From positions 42,446 through 106,445 of the forward strand of contig CBDVDR010000012.1 in NCBI GenBank assembly GCA_965372795.1: a stretch of DNA of 64,000 nucleotides, read 5' to 3'. Below are positions 59,654-64,000 of the stretch, piece after piece (position 1 is the first letter of the stretch; each line of letters opens with the position of its first letter). A program made the translations under genes and the position numbers. The notes beneath the pieces are model-generated. The model was not told the origin of the DNA. It saw nothing but the letters and a program-made list of their open reading frames with translations, and searched no databases. This stretch comes from an uncultured bacterium. Lineage in GTDB: Bacteria > Zixibacteria > MSB-5A5 > GN15 > FEB-12.

Positions 59654-60423
59654 TGAAATTTACCATACCAAAATTTCCACGTCGTGACTTTTTGAAAACA
59701 ATTTTCAAAAAAGCACCTACGATGGCAATTTTATTTTCAGGTATAGGCGCAACCAAATTATTTGGTCAGGACAATAGTGATTATGTTGCAGAAGATCATG
59801 ACTATGCAATGGGTATTGATATTCATAAATGTATCGGTTGTGGTCGATGCGCTGACGCCTGCAAAAATGAAAACAAAGTACCGCGGGAAAAACATTTTTT
59901 CAGAACCTGGGTTGAGAGATATATTATCCCGACTAAAGGAGAAACTATCGTTGAAAGCCCTAACGGTGGAATTGATGGTTTTCCGAAAGTAGATGAAAAA
60001 ATTGACGCCCTTAGAATGTTTTTTGTACCAAAGCTTTGCAATCATTGTAAAAATGCACCTTGTGTTCAGGTCTGTCCGGTAGGTGCAACATTTACTACAC
60101 CTGACGGAGTAGTTCTTGTCGACGAAAGTTATTGTGTAGGGTGTCGCTATTGTATTCAGGCTTGTCCATATGGCGCTCGTTATCTGCACCCTGAAAAAAT
60201 GACAGCTGACAAATGTACTTTCTGTTATCATAGAATTAGACAAGGTAAAGTACCGGCTTGTGTTGAAGTTTGTCCGACCAAAGCCAGGGTCTTTGGTGAA
60301 GTTGGTGAACATAGCAGCCCATTAAGACGGTTTATGCGTTTTAATGATGTAGTCGTATTAAAACCAGGATTGAATACCGAACCCAAAGTATTTTATTCCG
60401 GAGCAAACGGGGAGGTAAGATAG
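59653..60423 (+). CDS. Tat-exported 4x[4Fe-4S] ferredoxin-type subunit (NrfC/PsrB-like). The start was re-assigned to 59653.
   Basis: Twin-arginine signal MKFTIPKFPRRDFLKT preceded by GGAGG. Four Cys clusters (CIGCGRCADAC, CNHCKNAPCVQVCP, CVGCRYCIQACP, CTFCYHRI…CVEVCP). Its ATG overlaps the upstream TGA by 1 nt (TGATG). Confidence 0.85.
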   Translation: MKFTIPKFPRRDFLKTIFKKAPTMAILFSGIGATKLFGQDNSDYVAEDHDYAMGIDIHKCIGCGRCADACKNENKVPREKHFFRTWVERYIIPTKGETIVESPNGGIDGFPKVDEKIDALRMFFVPKLCNHCKNAPCVQVCPVGATFTTPDGVVLVDESYCVGCRYCIQACPYGARYLHPEKMTADKCTFCYHRIRQGKVPACVEVCPTKARVFGEVGEHSSPLRRFMRFNDVVVLKPGLNTEPKVFYSGANGEVR

Positions 60424-60424
60424 T

Positions 60425-61651
60425 ATGGATCCTGCCGCATTAGCAACAACAATGAATGAACTATCCGGAATCACCGGTTATATGTATCCAAATGAATATG
60501 AACTTCACTGGGGCATCCTGGTTGTTGTTTACCCTTATTTAACCGGATTGGTTGCCGGTGCCTTCATATTAGCTTCACTTGAAAGAGTTTTCAATGTTGA
60601 AGCTTTGAAACCGGTTTATCGTTTATCCTTGTTAACAGCCCTGTCATTTATGCTGATTGCCCCGCTTCCTCTTCTGGCTCATTTGGGTCATCCTGAAAGA
60701 TCTCTTGAAATGTTTTTAACACCTCACAGTAAATCCGCGATGGCAATGTTTGGTTTTGTATATGTCTGGTATTTGATGGTCGTACTCCTTCTCGAGATTT
60801 GGTTCGACTATCGAAAAGATATTATTGACATGGGTAACAGAAATACTGGAATCAAAAAATGGTTCTACAAACTTCTTGCTCTGGGTACAACTGATATTTC
60901 CCCTAAAGCACTTGCGATAGATGATAAGATTGGTAAAACAATTACGATTATCGGTATTCCCTCAGCCTTTTTACTTCATGGCTATGTTGGATTTATTTTT
61001 GGATCAATTAAAGCAAACCCGTGGTGGAGTTCAGTTTTGATGCCGATTGTATTTCTTTTCTCCGCGATTGTTTCTGGAATTGCGTTGATGCTTCTCATCT
61101 ATATGATTACCACAATGTTTAGGTGGAAGCAGATAAACATGAAATGTCTGAATAAGCTGGCTGAATTTTTATTATATGCAATTTTGATTGATTTCTCATT
61201 AGAATTACTCGATTTCATCCATCGCCTTTATGAATCTGAGGAATCAATTCATATTTTAACTCAACTGATTTCCAACAGGCTATTTATTAGTTTGATAATA
61301 GCTCAAATTCTCCTGGGGACAATAGTACCGATTATCGGTCTTGCAACCGCCAGATTCGGAAAATTCCCGCCTGAGATGAGAAGAATGATCTACTTTATCG
61401 CTGCCTTACTGGTTCAGGTAGGAATCTTCAGCACTCGCTGGAATGTAGTTATCGGTGGACAATTATTCTCAAAAAGTCTTCGAGGTTTAACCGTCTATAA
61501 AATGGAATTGTTCGGTATTGAGGGACTACTGGTTTCAGTGACGTTGATGATTATTCCGTTAATAATCCTTTATGTCCTGGTAAAGATTTTTCCTCCATGG
61601 GTACATGAAGAAAAAGAAAAACCCTCCGAACGGAAACTTGCAGAAATTTAA
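60425..61651 (+). CDS. NrfD/PsrC-family polytopic membrane quinol-interacting subunit
   Basis: 408 aa, about 8-10 TM helices. N-terminal …ELHWGILVVVYPYLTGLVAGAFILASL… typical of the NrfD family. Its start is 1 nt after the FeS gene stop. Confidence 0.85.
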   Translation: MDPAALATTMNELSGITGYMYPNEYELHWGILVVVYPYLTGLVAGAFILASLERVFNVEALKPVYRLSLLTALSFMLIAPLPLLAHLGHPERSLEMFLTPHSKSAMAMFGFVYVWYLMVVLLLEIWFDYRKDIIDMGNRNTGIKKWFYKLLALGTTDISPKALAIDDKIGKTITIIGIPSAFLLHGYVGFIFGSIKANPWWSSVLMPIVFLFSAIVSGIALMLLIYMITTMFRWKQINMKCLNKLAEFLLYAILIDFSLELLDFIHRLYESEESIHILTQLISNRLFISLIIAQILLGTIVPIIGLATARFGKFPPEMRRMIYFIAALLVQVGIFSTRWNVVIGGQLFSKSLRGLTVYKMELFGIEGLLVSVTLMIIPLIILYVLVKIFPPWVHEEKEKPSERKLAEI

Positions 61652-61681
61652 AATTAGTTATTCAATGATAGATATAATAAA

Positions 61682-61713
61682 AGCCAATCACTTTAAAGTG
61701 ATTGGCTTTTTTC
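61682..61713. terminator. Bidirectional rho-independent terminator between the convergent cytochrome operons
   Basis: aaaagccaatcactttaaagtgattggctttttt. A 10-bp stem with A- and T-runs on either side. Confidence 0.75.
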
Positions 61714-61740
61714 AAAGCTGTCAATCAAAGAAAGAATTTA

Positions 61741-63732
61741 TTAAGAACCTGACTCAAGGTTCTTATATTTCTGAATCATCTCATCCATGATCCGAATATA
61801 TTCTTCGTTATTATGAATCCCGTAAGATTTATCCTTTTTGATTTTCTTAAAGGATTTTAAATCCTTATTAAAATTGTTGGATTGAAGTTTGTTCAATGGA
61901 AGCTCTTTAGCAAGCTCAATAACGATTTCCAACTCATCAATTTTATCTTTAACTTCTGCCTGCCAATTATCACCAATGTCGACATATTCGCTTTCATGGC
62001 AGTTTTCACAAGATTGCATATGAGGACGCACTATTTTTTCGTCTTCCGAAGTGTGGCATTCTTCACAGCTAATTTCAGCTTCAGCCATCACGCTTGTTTC
62101 AAAAACAAAGCCATTAAACTTGCCGCCATTATATGCTTTAGCCTGAAGTTCATGACATCTGTTACAGTCGCCGGCTGTTGCTTTTTGATGGTGACAACTC
62201 TGACAATCTTTTACGAATTTAAAGGTTTGACCGTGCCTTCTCTGGTGAGTATGACAATCGGCACATTCTTTACCGGCTTTCAAATGAAGACCGTGTTCAA
62301 AGCTCCTATTGGGAAGTTCAACAGTAATATTATCAATAGTAGCATGACAGTTTTTACAGTCACTCGGCACCATCTGTTTTTGTGAGAATAAAGTAGTCGG
62401 ATCGACAAATATTTCCAGCTTTTTACCGGCTTTACTAAGATCATCAAAAGATGAGAATAACAGTTCGTTAGAATAGACAATATTATGAACCGGTTTTCCA
62501 TAGCGAACTATATCAAGATTTGTTCTGGCATTTTTAATCAGTGGAATTACTTCACTAAAGTTAGATTTACTGGACTTATCATAACTGTTTTCAACTTTGT
62601 TCATTAGTTTGCTGAGATACTGAACTTTATTCTTAATTGTTTTATTCCACTGAACTAAAAGGCGATCATACCCTTTACCATGACATGGTTCACAGGAATT
62701 TTCACCGGCAATAAAGGTCGTTCCGCCATTAGGCATAGTTTCGGTAGCATGTTGCACATGACATCCCTGGCAGGACATCGAAATATTATACATCGGATTA
62801 GGATGATTTTTGACACCAATACCACCCTCGCCACTAAATAATTTTAACTGATTTTGATGCATTCCCTGATGACAGCCACCACAATGTTCGGCAGCATTTT
62901 CAGGAGTTGTCCATTTATGCTCCATCGGGCTATGACATTGTTCACACTCAATTTTATTTTCTGTAATATGTTTGCGGTGCATTAGCTCAGAATCATTAAA
63001 CTTACTTAACCGGTCTTGATCCCAGTGACAGAAATAGCATCCTTTATCATTTACAGCACCGTCACCTACAAGCATATTTCCGTGACAGCGACGACAGTCG
63101 AGTGAATCAGCTAAAATCTTGGTATGATCATATCCCTGTTCTGTAATACTTTTCGGTTCAACCGAAGGATCATGGCATAGGCGACAATCATCAGTATCCA
63201 TTTCGCCTTCATGTTTTTCTGTTTCTTTGAAGTGACACAATACGCATGTAGAAGCGGTTACAGTCATGTGTTCACCCTGTACAATCTGAGAGTGACAGGA
63301 GGTACAACGAAGTTTTCTTCCTCGTCTTAGTTCTGACAAATGGGGACCATGATCAAACTTTACATTGCCAAACATGACTTCACCTTGAAGAAGTCGAGTA
63401 TCGTGGCATCCTTCTCTTAAGCAGGAAGCATCATCAATTTCAGCCCAGGGTTTACTTTTACGATAGGCGTTTGTAGCATATTTTACCAGCTGATTGATAT
63501 CATGGATTTTACCCATGATCATATTTTCATATCCGGGAGTGTAATGGCATAAATCGCACGAAACATCTTTGTGGCTGGATTCTTTCCAGGCATCGTAATA
63601 AGGTTCCATATAATGGCATGACCGACAGAAATCCGGTCGATTTGTGAATTCTATCATTCCAACGGTTCCACCAACAATAAGAAGGATGAAACCCCCGAAG
63701 TAGATTAGAATTTTTTTAACTTTTTTATGCAT
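61741..63732 (-). CDS. Large membrane-anchored multiheme c-type cytochrome (about 17 CxxCH plus one CX4CH) with a NapC/NirT/NrfH-type N-terminal module
   Basis: 663 aa. N-terminal TM helix, then …FTNRPDFCRSCHYMEPYYDAWKESSHKDVSCDLCHY… (NapC/NrfH-like). Further motifs: CTSCH, CVLCH, CRLCH, CRRCH, CYFCH, CEQCH, CGGCH, CQGCH, CEPCH, CKNCH, CADCH, CQSCH, CNRCH, CEECH, CENCH, and an atypical CLREGCH. Confidence 0.85.
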   Translation of the reverse strand: MHKKVKKILIYFGGFILLIVGGTVGMIEFTNRPDFCRSCHYMEPYYDAWKESSHKDVSCDLCHYTPGYENMIMGKIHDINQLVKYATNAYRKSKPWAEIDDASCLREGCHDTRLLQGEVMFGNVKFDHGPHLSELRRGRKLRCTSCHSQIVQGEHMTVTASTCVLCHFKETEKHEGEMDTDDCRLCHDPSVEPKSITEQGYDHTKILADSLDCRRCHGNMLVGDGAVNDKGCYFCHWDQDRLSKFNDSELMHRKHITENKIECEQCHSPMEHKWTTPENAAEHCGGCHQGMHQNQLKLFSGEGGIGVKNHPNPMYNISMSCQGCHVQHATETMPNGGTTFIAGENSCEPCHGKGYDRLLVQWNKTIKNKVQYLSKLMNKVENSYDKSSKSNFSEVIPLIKNARTNLDIVRYGKPVHNIVYSNELLFSSFDDLSKAGKKLEIFVDPTTLFSQKQMVPSDCKNCHATIDNITVELPNRSFEHGLHLKAGKECADCHTHQRRHGQTFKFVKDCQSCHHQKATAGDCNRCHELQAKAYNGGKFNGFVFETSVMAEAEISCEECHTSEDEKIVRPHMQSCENCHESEYVDIGDNWQAEVKDKIDELEIVIELAKELPLNKLQSNNFNKDLKSFKKIKKDKSYGIHNNEEYIRIMDEMIQKYKNLESGS

Positions 63733-64000
63733 CGATATTTCCTCTATTTGACCTACTCATCTCTTTCGAGGAGAAAACATAACAAATATCATTTAGATGT
63801 CAATACAAATAATACAAATTTAGTGTTATTTTTCACAAACTTATTTATTTCAACCTTTATTTTCAAGGCTTTACAGTAATTTATATTTCAATGATCTCTA
63901 ATCAATGAGAATTATATCATTATAAGACAAAATATATCCTGATATTTTATGAAAAAATAATACCGTATCATCACTTATTCCATAGACTTAGAAATTAATA

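Noticed and set aside
59758-60312. 184-aa minus-strand ORF across the NrfC-like FeS gene
   Set aside because: It is antisense to a gene with four canonical [4Fe-4S] Cys motifs and a Tat signal, and has no features of its own.
1-64000. tRNA or rRNA genes anywhere in the window
   Set aside because: I scanned intergenic regions for GTTCRANYC T-loops with matching acceptor stems and for conserved rRNA blocks and found none. The search was manual, so a tRNAscan or Infernal run would be the definitive check.

Overview
The window is 64 kb of chromosome from a low-GC bacterium (roughly 38-40% GC, judged by eye). One giant protein carries a type IX secretion C-terminal sorting domain and many genes have AGGAGG-type ribosome-binding sites, so I place it in the FCB superphylum but outside classical Bacteroidia (an Ignavibacteria/Calditrichota-like lineage). 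This placement is an inference. Most of the window is housekeeping. On the minus strand, from the left edge: an AsmA-family gene truncated by the window edge, an MBL-fold hydrolase, mnmA, an IscS/NifS-family cysteine desulfurase, tamA/tamB-like genes, an ECF sigma factor with its anti-sigma, dsbD, a rhomboid protease and trxA. On the plus strand in the middle: pabB/pabC, dtd, maf, a rodZ-like gene, smc, ftsY, yjbQ, rlmH and acs, followed by uvrB on the minus strand. To the right: rplU, bamA-skp-lpxD, nadE, rsmI and lgt on the plus strand, with ssb on the minus strand between lpxD and nadE. I found no rRNA, tRNA or CRISPR array. Six regions look non-routine. (1) A roughly 2.3 kb cassette at 3157-5485 is bracketed by a ~45-nt inverted repeat and a 14-nt direct repeat; it holds a standalone HsdR_N-like PD-(D/E)xK nuclease and a minimal voltage-gated K+ channel, transcribed divergently, with GC-rich repetitive non-coding DNA on both sides. 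(2) A 36-nt palindromic repeat occurs three to four times around a small GIY-YIG nuclease gene at 16835-17480. (3) An ECF sigma / zinc-finger anti-sigma operon ends in an HtrA-fold PDZ protein whose catalytic His, Asp and Ser all appear substituted. (4) A 1716-aa T9SS-sorted surface protein carries Ig-like repeats, a dockerin-like module and an internal 244-aa tandem duplication. (5) Near the right edge a translationally coupled octaheme cytochrome c / NrfC-like 4x[4Fe-4S] / NrfD-like quinol-interacting module faces (6) a ~17-heme cytochrome whose N-terminus is NapC/NrfH-like; together these are a candidate uncharacterised quinol-linked multiheme electron-transfer system. All product calls come from motifs read by eye in the supplied translations. 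I ran no database search.
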